Virus record (IMG/VR): IMGVR_UViG_3300036770_004392
Coordinates: 1-52,652 of that record
DNA from: a virus
Lineage: Duplodnaviria > Caudoviricetes
Length of the DNA: 52,652 nt
Direction: 5' to 3' (one strand)
The translations under genes were made by a program, and so were the position numbers. This document shows, piece by piece, positions 1 through 9,210 of this stretch. The notes under the pieces were generated by a model. It made no database searches. It was not told the DNA's origin and saw only the letters and a list, made by a program, of their open reading frames with translations. The stretch's first letter is position 1; each line of letters starts with the position of its first letter.

Positions 1-982
1 TACTACCAAACAAGTTGAGTTTGTAGTAGCACACGAAATCCTACACAATGTCTATGAGCATATGCTACGTGTAGAAGGTCGCAATCGCCACTATTGGAAT
101 GCCGCCGCAGACTATAACGTAAATGGCACTTTGGTAAAAGACCGTATTGGTGAGGTTCCTCCCAAAATTAAAATCTTTCATGACCCTGCCCATTATGGTA
201 AGAGCACTGAGCAGATCTATGATGAGATCTATGAGGAAATGGATGAACAGGCTTTGGAAGCTTTAGGTCAATTACTTGACGAGCATATTGACTGGGAAAA
301 GGATGGCAACGGTCGCCCCAAGTATTCCAAGGAAGAACTCAAGCAAATCCGTGACGAAATCAAGGAACAGATGATGCAGGCTGCTCAGGCAGCGGGTGCG
401 GGAAATACCCCCGCTGACATCCAAAGAATGATTAAGGAGCTGACTGAGCCCAAGATGAACTGGCGTGAAATTCTACGCCAACAAATTCAAAGCACCATTA
501 AAAATGACTATACCTTTATGCGTCCAAATCGTAAAGGCTGGCACATGAACGCCGTTCTTCCTGGCACTAACTATGATGAGACTATTGACATCTGTGTTGG
601 CATTGACATGTCGGGCAGTATTGGTGACGATCAAGCCAAAGATTTCATTAGTGAAGTCAAGGGTATTATGGACGAATACAAGGACTTCAAGATTAAGTTA
701 TGGTGTTTTGATACTCGTGTCTATAACGAGCAGGACTTTGACGGATATAATGATGACATTATGAGCTATCAAATCAAAGGAGGTGGTGGCACTGACTTTA
801 TGGCTAACTGGGAATATATGAAGGAACATGATATTCAACCCAAAAAGTTTATCATGTTTACAGACGGATATCCTTGTGGTAGCTGGGGGGACGAGAACTA
901 CTGCGACACTTTTTTTGTAATACACGGAAACGATCGCATTGTTCCTCCGTTTGGTGCTCATGCTTATTACGAGTTCAAATAA
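1..982 (+). CDS. HExxH metallopeptidase-like + VWA-like domain protein (DUF2201-type), 5'-truncated by the window edge
   Basis: Frame is open from base 2 (TTKQVEFVVAHEILHNVYEHMLR) and contains an HExxH motif upstream of the ORF-track start. C-terminal VWA/MIDAS-like motifs CVGIDMSGS, GGGGTDF, MFTDG. Confidence 0.85.
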   Translation, partial: TTKQVEFVVAHEILHNVYEHMLRVEGRNRHYWNAAADYNVNGTLVKDRIGEVPPKIKIFHDPAHYGKSTEQIYDEIYEEMDEQALEALGQLLDEHIDWEKDGNGRPKYSKEELKQIRDEIKEQMMQAAQAAGAGNTPADIQRMIKELTEPKMNWREILRQQIQSTIKNDYTFMRPNRKGWHMNAVLPGTNYDETIDICVGIDMSGSIGDDQAKDFISEVKGIMDEYKDFKIKLWCFDTRVYNEQDFDGYNDDIMSYQIKGGGGTDFMANWEYMKEHDIQPKKFIMFTDGYPCGSWGDENYCDTFFVIHGNDRIVPPFGAHAYYEFK

Positions 983-1267
983 ATGAGCCTTAGGGCAGGA
1001 AAAGTTAATGTTCTAAATGTATTAAATTTGAGGAGAGTATTTCACCCTCCTCATCATTTTCATTACAGTATACTTGAAAAGCATACACCTAACTATTTGA
1101 AAGAAATTAATAAATGGATTTATTTTAATTTAAATCATCGTTATTATCTCGGACAAACTATCACATTAGTAAATAATCAACTTGTATATGCTACAAAAAT
1201 AGGATTTGAGCAAGAAAAAGAACTAAGTTTCTTCAAACTTGCCTGTCCTTTAGAAATTATAAGATAA
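983..1267 (+). CDS. hypothetical protein
   Basis: 94-aa ORF starting directly after the previous stop (TAAATG). Confidence 0.7.
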   Translation: MSLRAGKVNVLNVLNLRRVFHPPHHFHYSILEKHTPNYLKEINKWIYFNLNHRYYLGQTITLVNNQLVYATKIGFEQEKELSFFKLACPLEIIR

Positions 1268-1296
1268 ATTATAATAGCTTTTAAAAAGGAGAAATA

Positions 1297-1521
1297 ATGG
1301 AAGCTACCAAAACAGAAACACCCCCAGTTCAAGAAGCAGCACCTAACGGAGAATCTGCCGATTTAACTATCAATGACCTAAGTAACTTGCGTCAAATCAT
1401 CGACCTAGCAAGCTCTAGAGGAGCATTTCGTCCTAATGAAATGGTTGCTATTGGCACAATTTATAACAAATTACAAAACTTTTTAAACAGTATTCCTAAA
1501 ACACCCCAAGCAGGAGCCTAA
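1297..1521 (+). CDS. small hypothetical phage protein
   Basis: 74 aa, clear RBS AAGGAG upstream of ATG, helical core LTINDLSNLRQIIDLASSRGAF. Confidence 0.8.
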   Translation: MEATKTETPPVQEAAPNGESADLTINDLSNLRQIIDLASSRGAFRPNEMVAIGTIYNKLQNFLNSIPKTPQAGA

Positions 1522-1522
1522 T

Positions 1523-2131
1523 ATGGCTAATATTAAACATGTTGGTAGGATGGTTGATACTGGTAGGAAATGCTTAGTAGCTTATCGTACCATTCCAAAT
1601 GACGCATATAATTGCCTAATCATTCCTACAGAACGTTTAGAACCAGACCAGCATGATTCTCTTATTAATTTAGTAGAATCAAATGCTGGTCAAACCGCAT
1701 ACGAATTTGCAGAAGTATTATCAAGAAACCTTTTCAACGACGGTACTAACATGTTAGTTGCCTTACATAAGAAAGGGTTTCTTGTAAAGATGCCTACTGA
1801 CAAAATTGAAATGATTCCTAACACTCAGACAAAAATTAATCTTGCTCAACTAAATCAGGTTATTGCAGAACAACGTGGTGTTAGTGTACAGGACCTAGCT
1901 TTACAAGACAACTCAAAAGACCTTAGTAATCCAAAAACTTTTGAATCGGTTCCTAGAGAAGATATATCTAAGACTACTAGTTCCTCGGTAACTCCCGAAG
2001 AAGTTATTAGTCCTGAAGATCAGGCTAAAAAGTTTAGAAGTGAAGCTGATAAATTAAGTAAACAAGCGGCTGATCTAAGACGTCGAGCAGAAGAACTTGT
2101 TCCTATTAAAAAGCCTACAAAATCTAAGTGA
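1523..2131 (+). CDS. hypothetical protein with C-terminal coiled coil
   Basis: 202 aa, RBS-like GGAG upstream, coupled to its neighbours; heptad-like tail EDQAKKFRSEADKLSKQAADLRRRAEEL. Confidence 0.8.
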   Translation: MANIKHVGRMVDTGRKCLVAYRTIPNDAYNCLIIPTERLEPDQHDSLINLVESNAGQTAYEFAEVLSRNLFNDGTNMLVALHKKGFLVKMPTDKIEMIPNTQTKINLAQLNQVIAEQRGVSVQDLALQDNSKDLSNPKTFESVPREDISKTTSSSVTPEEVISPEDQAKKFRSEADKLSKQAADLRRRAEELVPIKKPTKSK

Positions 2132-2448
2132 AGCATGGAAAAAAATTTCCTAGAGAGGTAATAGATCATTGGCCGGAAGTCTTCGGAGATATTACATTAA
2201 ATGTAATACCACTAAAATACTTAGACAGAATTAAAGTACTTTTTAAAAATGGTAAAATTTGGGAAATTAATTTAAACAACAAACGATATGCAGAAGAATG
2301 GCCGCAGATCGAAAAACAACTACGAGAAATGATGGCTCATTATGAACCTGAAATCGAAAATATTGACTTTAAACTAGACACAATTCAGATTAAAAAAGAT
2401 ATGATTAAAAGCTCTAATCGTTTCTTAAAAAAAAGAAAGCTACTATGA
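2128..2448 (+). CDS. hypothetical protein
   Basis: 106 aa, GTGA overlap with the upstream gene and ATGA overlap with thyX. Confidence 0.75.
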   Translation: MKHGKKFPREVIDHWPEVFGDITLNVIPLKYLDRIKVLFKNGKIWEINLNNKRYAEEWPQIEKQLREMMAHYEPEIENIDFKLDTIQIKKDMIKSSNRFLKKRKLL

Positions 2449-3125
2449 ATGTTAAACTTGTCTCCTACAGCCAACCCACTGAGGAATTTAGACACAACGG
2501 TATCGAGGATGCGCAGGACCTTATTGCTTTCTGCGCCCGCGTCAGCAACCCCAGCAATCAGTTCAATACAGAAACAAGCGAAAAACTTATACGATACTTG
2601 GTACGAAACAAACACTGGAGTCCCCTCGAAATGGTCAGTGCCTGTCTCGAAATCACAACCACAAGAGACATTGCCAGACAAATCTTACGACACAGAAGTT
2701 TTAGTTTCCAAGAGTTCTCCCAGCGATACGCTGACCCTACTAAAGATCTCTCGTTCGTTCTTAGAGAGGCCCGCTTGCAAGACACCACTAACAGACAAAA
2801 CAGTATTGAACTTGGAACAAGTATTGAGGAGTCCATACTTAGAGAAGAATGGATTCGGCAACAAGAAGAAGTCTTACGAGCAGCAAGAAGAGCCTACACT
2901 TGGGCTATCAATAAGGGCATAGCAAAAGAACAAGCTCGTGCTGTATTACCAGAAGGTTTGATGGAAAGTCGTTTATATATGAACGGTACTATCCGTAGTT
3001 GGGTGCATTTTATTGAACTACGTAGTGCTAATGGTACACAATTAGAACATCAACAAGTGGCACGAGCTTGTGCTGAGGTTATTTCTAAAGTTTTTAGTTT
3101 GGCTTCAGAATTTACGACCAATTAA
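2445..3125 (+). CDS. thyX: FAD-dependent thymidylate synthase
   Basis: ThyX signature RHRSFSFQEFSQRY (RHRx7S), plus HWSPLE, AKEQARAVLP and TQLEH. Confidence 0.97.
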   Translation: MNVKLVSYSQPTEEFRHNGIEDAQDLIAFCARVSNPSNQFNTETSEKLIRYLVRNKHWSPLEMVSACLEITTTRDIARQILRHRSFSFQEFSQRYADPTKDLSFVLREARLQDTTNRQNSIELGTSIEESILREEWIRQQEEVLRAARRAYTWAINKGIAKEQARAVLPEGLMESRLYMNGTIRSWVHFIELRSANGTQLEHQQVARACAEVISKVFSLASEFTTN

Positions 3126-3650
3126 CATATAACGATTAAAAATTTTATCTGGATAAACAAACTCTTTTTGCCCTTCATAATAGTTTAACATAGGATATTT
3201 TATTTTCAGCTGATTAAGGTTAAAAACATAGTCATGAAAATCATTATCATCATGTATTTGATCAGTTCCTTGTACTACAATAATTTGTGAGGTTAATTTT
3301 TCAAACCATTGCTTTTCTATTATATGTTCGCTCGATGTATTGATAACAATATCAAATTCTGCCAAATCAACTTTGTTAGCATCTTGAGTGAAAGCTTTAA
3401 ATTTCCATTTATCAAATACCCATGTATTATTGATCTTATCGGCAATAGGTTCTACAGATGGGTCAATATCATATGATCTAATATAATCAATCGATGCTCT
3501 TTTTCTTGCGTATAACAATAAAGCAACCAATCCGTACCAACCACCTAAGATTGCTATCTTAGACCTTATAGGAATAAACTTTTCTAGTTCTTCACAGAGC
3601 CAGATTTTACTTTCTATTTGACCGTGACTAAATGCACTTAAATCCAGCAT
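3105..3650 (-). CDS. class I SAM-dependent methyltransferase-like protein
   Basis: Motif I-like IAILGGWYG, acidic end of beta-2 (SYDID), DIVINTSSEH. Likely start MLDLSAF at 3650 rather than 3683. Confidence 0.7.
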   Translation of the reverse strand: MLDLSAFSHGQIESKIWLCEELEKFIPIRSKIAILGGWYGLVALLLYARKRASIDYIRSYDIDPSVEPIADKINNTWVFDKWKFKAFTQDANKVDLAEFDIVINTSSEHIIEKQWFEKLTSQIIVVQGTDQIHDDNDFHDYVFNLNQLKIKYPMLNYYEGQKEFVYPDKIFNRYMLIGRKF

Positions 3651-4320
3651 GTATAAATTGCTCCTTAAGCCAGTCAAAATCATTTATTTTTGATATTTTT
3701 TTAATATCTTGATAATATGCACGAGCATACTCGTTACCAGATCTAGCACCAGAGATACATTCTTTGCCAAAAGGCATATCTTGACCTTTATGCATCCAAT
3801 CATATAATCTAATAGAACTATCATTTTTATCAATATCTAATTCAACGTTGATTGTTAATTTAGCTGCTTCTCTAAAAGCACTACGCCAAGTGGAGAGTTG
3901 ATCAGTATTAAACACTGTCACATTACTAACTTCATTTATAACTTTAATTTTTTTACTTATATTCATTGTCATATCTAAACTAGATTCGTCTAATTGTTGA
4001 GTCAATCTTTTTGGCAGCAATTTTACTGCACCATATCCATATTTTAAACCATTTATAGGATTAATACTTTTAAAAATATGTACAATATCTTGATCATAAT
4101 CATGCACTTTATAAGAAAAATTAAAACTATCTAATATATATGAATCACCATCAACTACCCAAAACATTTTTGTAAGTGCTCGGTTGGCAGCAAGTTTATG
4201 AGCCGCATGGATTCCTTTGATTCCATCTATCCTGTAAGCAGTTACAAATCTAGATTTTAATCGTCGCCAATGATTTTCGGCAGGAATTTCATTATTTGAA
4301 ATAAAAATTATATCATACAT
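3628..4320 (-). CDS. GT-A-fold glycosyltransferase-like protein (paralogue of 19229-20140)
   Basis: YDIIFIS..E N-terminus, DxD motif FWVVDGD, WRSAFRE motif. Likely start MYDIIF at 4320. Confidence 0.65.
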   Translation of the reverse strand: MYDIIFISNNEIPAENHWRRLKSRFVTAYRIDGIKGIHAAHKLAANRALTKMFWVVDGDSYILDSFNFSYKVHDYDQDIVHIFKSINPINGLKYGYGAVKLLPKRLTQQLDESSLDMTMNISKKIKVINEVSNVTVFNTDQLSTWRSAFREAAKLTINVELDIDKNDSSIRLYDWMHKGQDMPFGKECISGARSGNEYARAYYQDIKKISKINDFDWLKEQFIHAGFKCI

Positions 4321-4325
4321 AGGTA

Positions 4326-4333
4326 TATAAATA
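4326..4333 (+). promoter_or_regulatory. T4-type late promoter-like motif TATAAATA
   Basis: Exact T4 late consensus in the divergent intergenic gap, 31 nt upstream of ATG 4365. Confidence 0.5.
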
Positions 4334-4364
4334 TATATCAACTTAATTTAGAATAAACAAAATT

Positions 4365-5414
4365 ATGGATATTACCCCTGGCAAACCAATCAGAACATAT
4401 AATGAATTAGGACAATGGAGAGATTGGAGTACAGATGAATTAGTAGGTGCTAAACTAAATTATCTCCTTAGATGGAAATGTGGAGCAGGATTAGACAGTT
4501 TATACATTGATATGGATGGAGGAGTATGGACAGCTAGTTGTAGGGTAGGTGGAAAATTAGGTAACGTATGGGACGACTTTACTACTCCTAATGATTGGAT
4601 CACTTGTACTCGTAATGTATGTAGCTGTGGTGCAGACTTGTTTATTCCTAAAACAAAATCTGAAGAATATAAACCTTTACTTTTCAAAAGTAAAAATTAT
4701 CCTACAGAAACAGGAAAACGAGACAATGAACTAACTGATTTTGTAGCTATGGAAAGAACCCATGCTAGTGATCAAAAACAAGTGTATTGGGAAATTGGTA
4801 GAAGATGTAATTATGACTGTAGCTATTGTTGGCCTTGGATACACAATAATACTGACCCGCACAAACCATTAGAAGACCTTATGCGGGCTACTCATTTGAT
4901 TGAAAGTAAATTTACCAAAGGTGAAAGTGTTAATTTTATTATCAGTGGCGGAGAGCCAACTGCTAATAAAGATTTTTTAGATTGGCTACGGTATCTTAAT
5001 ACGTGTGGTCATCACATTAGCCTACACAGCAATGGTAGTAGAAAACCAGATTACTACAGAGAAATAATACACTACGGTGATTTAAATCTAAGCGTTCATT
5101 ATGAATTTTATGATCGTGCTAGATTTGTTAAAGTTGTAGAAGCCGTTGCAGATGAAAAAGCAAAGCATAATAATCAAAATGTAGGCCACCTGGAAATTAA
5201 GTTTATGATGGCTCCGCATAATAGAGAAGAAACTTTAAACTTAGAAGAAGAATTAAAAAGCTTACCGAATTTTAAAGAACTATGTACATGGGCTATTGTA
5301 CCTATACGTGGTAGCTTGAATAATAAAAATAGTGCTCCGAACAATAACTCAGGCAGCGAAATTATGGATGGTTATAGTAAGGAAGATTACATCTTGTTCG
5401 GGGATAGAACATGA
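4365..5414 (+). CDS. radical SAM protein with N-terminal SPASM/twitch-like Cys domain
   Basis: CNYDCSYC (CX3CX2C), SGGEP, HSNG. N-terminal WKCGAG...DMDG...SC...CTRNVCSC auxiliary-cluster motif. Confidence 0.92.
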   Translation: MDITPGKPIRTYNELGQWRDWSTDELVGAKLNYLLRWKCGAGLDSLYIDMDGGVWTASCRVGGKLGNVWDDFTTPNDWITCTRNVCSCGADLFIPKTKSEEYKPLLFKSKNYPTETGKRDNELTDFVAMERTHASDQKQVYWEIGRRCNYDCSYCWPWIHNNTDPHKPLEDLMRATHLIESKFTKGESVNFIISGGEPTANKDFLDWLRYLNTCGHHISLHSNGSRKPDYYREIIHYGDLNLSVHYEFYDRARFVKVVEAVADEKAKHNNQNVGHLEIKFMMAPHNREETLNLEEELKSLPNFKELCTWAIVPIRGSLNNKNSAPNNNSGSEIMDGYSKEDYILFGDRT

Positions 5415-6634
5415 TCGATCAAGTATTATGTACAGCACCGTTAGTATCTGTATTAATCGATACTAACAAAGGAATTAGACCTTGTTGTTATTTTCAAGGC
5501 AAGTTTATGGGTAACATAAAAGAACAGCCTATAGTTGAAATTCTTGATAGTGAACGTTGGAAGCAATTAAAACAAAAAATGTACGATAAGGAGTGGCCGA
5601 GTGAATGTTTAGATTGTAAAAAAATTGAAGAGGACACAGGATTTAGTCTCCGAAAAATGTATACTAACAATATGGATATGACAGGTTGGCAGAACAACAA
5701 GTTAATATATATGGAGTTTAACGGTAGTAATATTTGTAATTTAGCCTGTCTACATTGTCATCCTGGGTTTAGTAGTAGATGGCTTTCTGATAATAAGAAA
5801 GCAATAGCAATAGCAGAAACTCTTACTCCTGAAAAAAAAGAACGTGCCTTAATGTTTCGGTCAATAAGGCAACAAACTGACGACTCTATAATTACAACAA
5901 CTAGAAGTCATCCACCAAATCCAGAATTAGTATTAGAAAATTTAAAGCAAATTGACCTAACAAATATACGGACAATAAATTTTAAAGGAGGGGAGCCATG
6001 TTTAAATTCTGAAACTGTAGCGGTGTTAAAGCATATCGATCAACAAGGACTACTAGGTAATATTACGGTCTATATTACTACTAACGGAACATATATAACT
6101 GACGAAATACTTTCTTTATTGTCTAAATCTAAACATGTAGAATTTCTAATTTCAGTTGACGGTATAGGAGAGTTATTTAATTATATAAGATATGGTGATG
6201 CTAAATTTGATAATATAGAACCAGTAATTGCCAAAGTAAACGCTCTTAACAATAGTGTTAATATTCGCATGAGTTGCTCGTTTATGAACTATAACGCATT
6301 TAATTTAATAGAAGTCAGAGATTGGAAAATTAATTTGTCTAAGAAATATGATAAAATTATAACACAAGGAGGATTTAACAATAGTGTACAGAGTCCTTCA
6401 TACTTATCTATAAACACCTTATCTGATCCTACAAGAAAACAGTTAATCGATTTTTATACTGCTAACAATAACAGTGGAGAGTTTAATGTTGTCATCAATA
6501 CATTAAGAAATAATTACTTAGGTGATGATATACATCGAAAATGGGTAGAATATACTGAACTTATGGAAAGTATAAGAGGAAACAATATATTAGAGTTAGT
6601 TCCTCAATTATCAATTGAGATGAAAAAGAAATGA
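5411..6634 (+). CDS. N-terminal twitch-domain radical SAM protein
   Basis: LCTAP...IRPCC...CLDC N-terminal domain; CNLACLHC; FKGGEP; TTNGT; ISVDG. Confidence 0.92.
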   Translation: MIDQVLCTAPLVSVLIDTNKGIRPCCYFQGKFMGNIKEQPIVEILDSERWKQLKQKMYDKEWPSECLDCKKIEEDTGFSLRKMYTNNMDMTGWQNNKLIYMEFNGSNICNLACLHCHPGFSSRWLSDNKKAIAIAETLTPEKKERALMFRSIRQQTDDSIITTTRSHPPNPELVLENLKQIDLTNIRTINFKGGEPCLNSETVAVLKHIDQQGLLGNITVYITTNGTYITDEILSLLSKSKHVEFLISVDGIGELFNYIRYGDAKFDNIEPVIAKVNALNNSVNIRMSCSFMNYNAFNLIEVRDWKINLSKKYDKIITQGGFNNSVQSPSYLSINTLSDPTRKQLIDFYTANNNSGEFNVVINTLRNNYLGDDIHRKWVEYTELMESIRGNNILELVPQLSIEMKKK

Positions 6635-9210
6635 TAGATAAAGACAGTTGGATTGCAGAAAACGTATTCCCTAAGAACGATTTTTCGGAAACCCGAGTAA
6701 AAAGACTTGGAGTTACTTCAGTAAATGTCTTCAAGGCTACACGAAAAACTAAGTTTACATTATGTGTTTTAGGCAGTTGGGCCATTTATATGCCGCCTTA
6801 CAATCTAGCAAGGCTCTCAGGATTGACACGAGAAGCAGGGTATCCTACTCGTGTTTTCGACTTTAATGTACAATCACATTATGCTTTAAAAACTGCCAAT
6901 CCAGATCTTGCCGATGCGTGGAATGGAGCAAACTATTGGTGGTGGCAAGAAGGTGAATATGATAAACGAATACATCCAACATACGAACCAATACTATATC
7001 AGTACCTTGAACTTTTATTAGAAGACACTCCTGATATCATAGGTTTAAGTTGCTATTATACAAATATTTTACCTACAAAATGGATAATTAATAAGATCAA
7101 AGAAAGAAATCCTAACATAACAATTATTTTAGGAGGTCCCGAGTGTCATGAAAAATATTTTAGAAAACCTCAAGGTGCAGATTATTATTTTGTAGGCGAA
7201 AGTGAACAAAATATTATTGATTTTTTAAACAACTGGGAACAAGGAATTAAACCTGAAAATGAAGCTATAGGTAGTCTATACAGCGACACTAGAATAGATA
7301 TTGATAGTTTACCGTATCCTGACTACAGCGACTTTGACTTAACCAAATATTGGGGTAAAAATTCTATATGTGCAGAAATCAGTAGAGGGTGCATTGCTAA
7401 ATGTAGTTATTGTACAGAAGTTTACTATTGGAAATTTAGAGATCGAGGAGCTACTACCGTAGTTGACGAATTAGAATATCAAGTTTTGAAATATAATATA
7501 GGATTTGTTTCATTTGTTGATAGCCTTATGAACGGAAATTTAAAAGAATTCCGTAAATTTTGTGAAGAACTTGTTGAAAGAAATCTAGGTATATCTTGGT
7601 GGGGGTATGCTAGATGCGACGGAAGGATGGATTTAGAATTTTATAAACTTATAAGAGAGGCAGGAGGACAAGGATTTAATTATGGAATAGAAACAGGTAG
7701 CGATAAGGTTTTGCTAGCGATTAACAAAAAAAATACTGTTGCTGAGATAAATCAAAATATTATAGATTCGCATAAAGTTGGAATGAAAGTGTCTGCCTGT
7801 TGGGTCATTGGAGCACCCGGAGAAGATATAGAAGCATTTAACCATAGTTTTAATATGTTATGGAATCATCGACGTAGAATAATGGCAGTTAGTCCAGGAC
7901 CTGGGCTAGGAGATAATCCCGGATCATTATATGATGATAGAGAAAGATATAATTTAAATCCAAGGAACAAAAATTGGCTTGGCGGTTGGTATACTCTAGA
8001 TTTAAAAAATACAAAACTCCACAGACTTATAAGAATAAAACTTATGCATATATGGTTATCAATATGTCAGAAGTTTGAAGGAGTCGTATCAAACGTACAT
8101 AGTGTAGGAGATATAAACGACCATTTTAATCTTAAATTTACAGATACAGACTTTCAAGAAGAAGTACCATATGAGAATTTTAGCTACAATATAGTTAAGT
8201 CCGAGTTAGGAGATTTTGCTGATACTGTAATGAATGAAGCATTCGGTTTATTCAGATTACTGTGGAGAGTAAAAGGAGGATTTGAAATGACAATTAAATT
8301 TAATCCTCAACTAGATAGACAAGATTTTTCTTTTTGCATACCAGAAAATAGTACCCTATATGCAGAACATTTTTTCCAAATAAACAAAGAAGGAGAATTT
8401 AGTACTAAGGTTAATTATAAATTTTCTAATAATATAAGAACTATAATAGACACTCCTGGTTTCGAATTTATTTCTGATATTTCAGGTAAATGGTCCGACG
8501 AATCGAAAAAAATTAAACAATATAAAACATTTAACCTAGCAACAGAGAATCAAGAAAATACTTGGTCACCAAAAACACAATTATTAAAAGAAAGTTGTTT
8601 ATCAGGAATATCTATTAGAGAAAGACGTATGCTAATGCAAACTGTAAAACGTTTACCTAAGAATAGTGTGATTTTGGAAACAAATTCTGATCTCGGAGGA
8701 CGAGCTACTATTATGTCCAACGCAAATCAAGACATTATTATTAATAGTATAGAAACTTTTACAGGTAATTTAAAAGAGCAATTTGACGGAATGAAACCTT
8801 GGTTAGAGTCTCAAATGATAGACTTAACCTCAGATCCAGATGGTACAAAAACTTTTTTATCACAAATAGAAAATAGTTTTAAAGAAGATATTACAGGTAA
8901 AAAAGCATGGGAAATAATCACATCTCCATACAAAAATATTAAATTATTTTCGGATTATAGTTTAGAAGATTTAGAGTTAATTTGGAATACTCCAATTGAT
9001 TTATGCATAATCGATATACATCAAAATCCTAGATTACATGATAACTTAAAATTATGGACATATCATATAAAAACAGAAGGGTTATTATTGGCTCACTTGT
9101 ACGATACAGAACTAGGTCCGGACGTGGTTACTGAGATAGACAAATTACTTTCTCAAGGTTGGAAACTGATAAGAAAATTAGACAGGTTCATTTTAATTCA
9201 AAAATTGTGA
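6631..9210 (+). CDS. cobalamin-binding radical SAM protein (class B methylase-like) fused to a C-terminal methyltransferase-like domain
   Basis: B12-binding-like N-terminus (PPYNLARL, PDIIGLS, IILGGP, VGESE), LPYPD, EISRGCIAKCSYC, YGIETGSD, VIGAPGE. C-terminal ~200 aa Rossmann-like (VILETNSDLGG, IDLCIID, IKTEGLLLAH). Confidence 0.9.
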   Translation: MIDKDSWIAENVFPKNDFSETRVKRLGVTSVNVFKATRKTKFTLCVLGSWAIYMPPYNLARLSGLTREAGYPTRVFDFNVQSHYALKTANPDLADAWNGANYWWWQEGEYDKRIHPTYEPILYQYLELLLEDTPDIIGLSCYYTNILPTKWIINKIKERNPNITIILGGPECHEKYFRKPQGADYYFVGESEQNIIDFLNNWEQGIKPENEAIGSLYSDTRIDIDSLPYPDYSDFDLTKYWGKNSICAEISRGCIAKCSYCTEVYYWKFRDRGATTVVDELEYQVLKYNIGFVSFVDSLMNGNLKEFRKFCEELVERNLGISWWGYARCDGRMDLEFYKLIREAGGQGFNYGIETGSDKVLLAINKKNTVAEINQNIIDSHKVGMKVSACWVIGAPGEDIEAFNHSFNMLWNHRRRIMAVSPGPGLGDNPGSLYDDRERYNLNPRNKNWLGGWYTLDLKNTKLHRLIRIKLMHIWLSICQKFEGVVSNVHSVGDINDHFNLKFTDTDFQEEVPYENFSYNIVKSELGDFADTVMNEAFGLFRLLWRVKGGFEMTIKFNPQLDRQDFSFCIPENSTLYAEHFFQINKEGEFSTKVNYKFSNNIRTIIDTPGFEFISDISGKWSDESKKIKQYKTFNLATENQENTWSPKTQLLKESCLSGISIRERRMLMQTVKRLPKNSVILETNSDLGGRATIMSNANQDIIINSIETFTGNLKEQFDGMKPWLESQMIDLTSDPDGTKTFLSQIENSFKEDITGKKAWEIITSPYKNIKLFSDYSLEDLELIWNTPIDLCIIDIHQNPRLHDNLKLWTYHIKTEGLLLAHLYDTELGPDVVTEIDKLLSQGWKLIRKLDRFILIQKL

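Noticed and set aside
2385-2922. Overlapping alternative ORFs (2385-2681 -, 2449-2922 +, 2558-2836 -) within thyX
   Set aside because: Shadow frames of a relatively GC-rich gene, with no motifs or convincing RBS.
2445-9210. DNA hypermodification pathway, suggested by thyX next to methyltransferase, glycosyltransferase and rSAM genes
   Set aside because: Not excluded but ranked lower: thyX is convergent with the cluster, no base hydroxymethylase, nucleotide kinase or queuosine-pathway gene is seen, and the cluster is linked to late tail genes.
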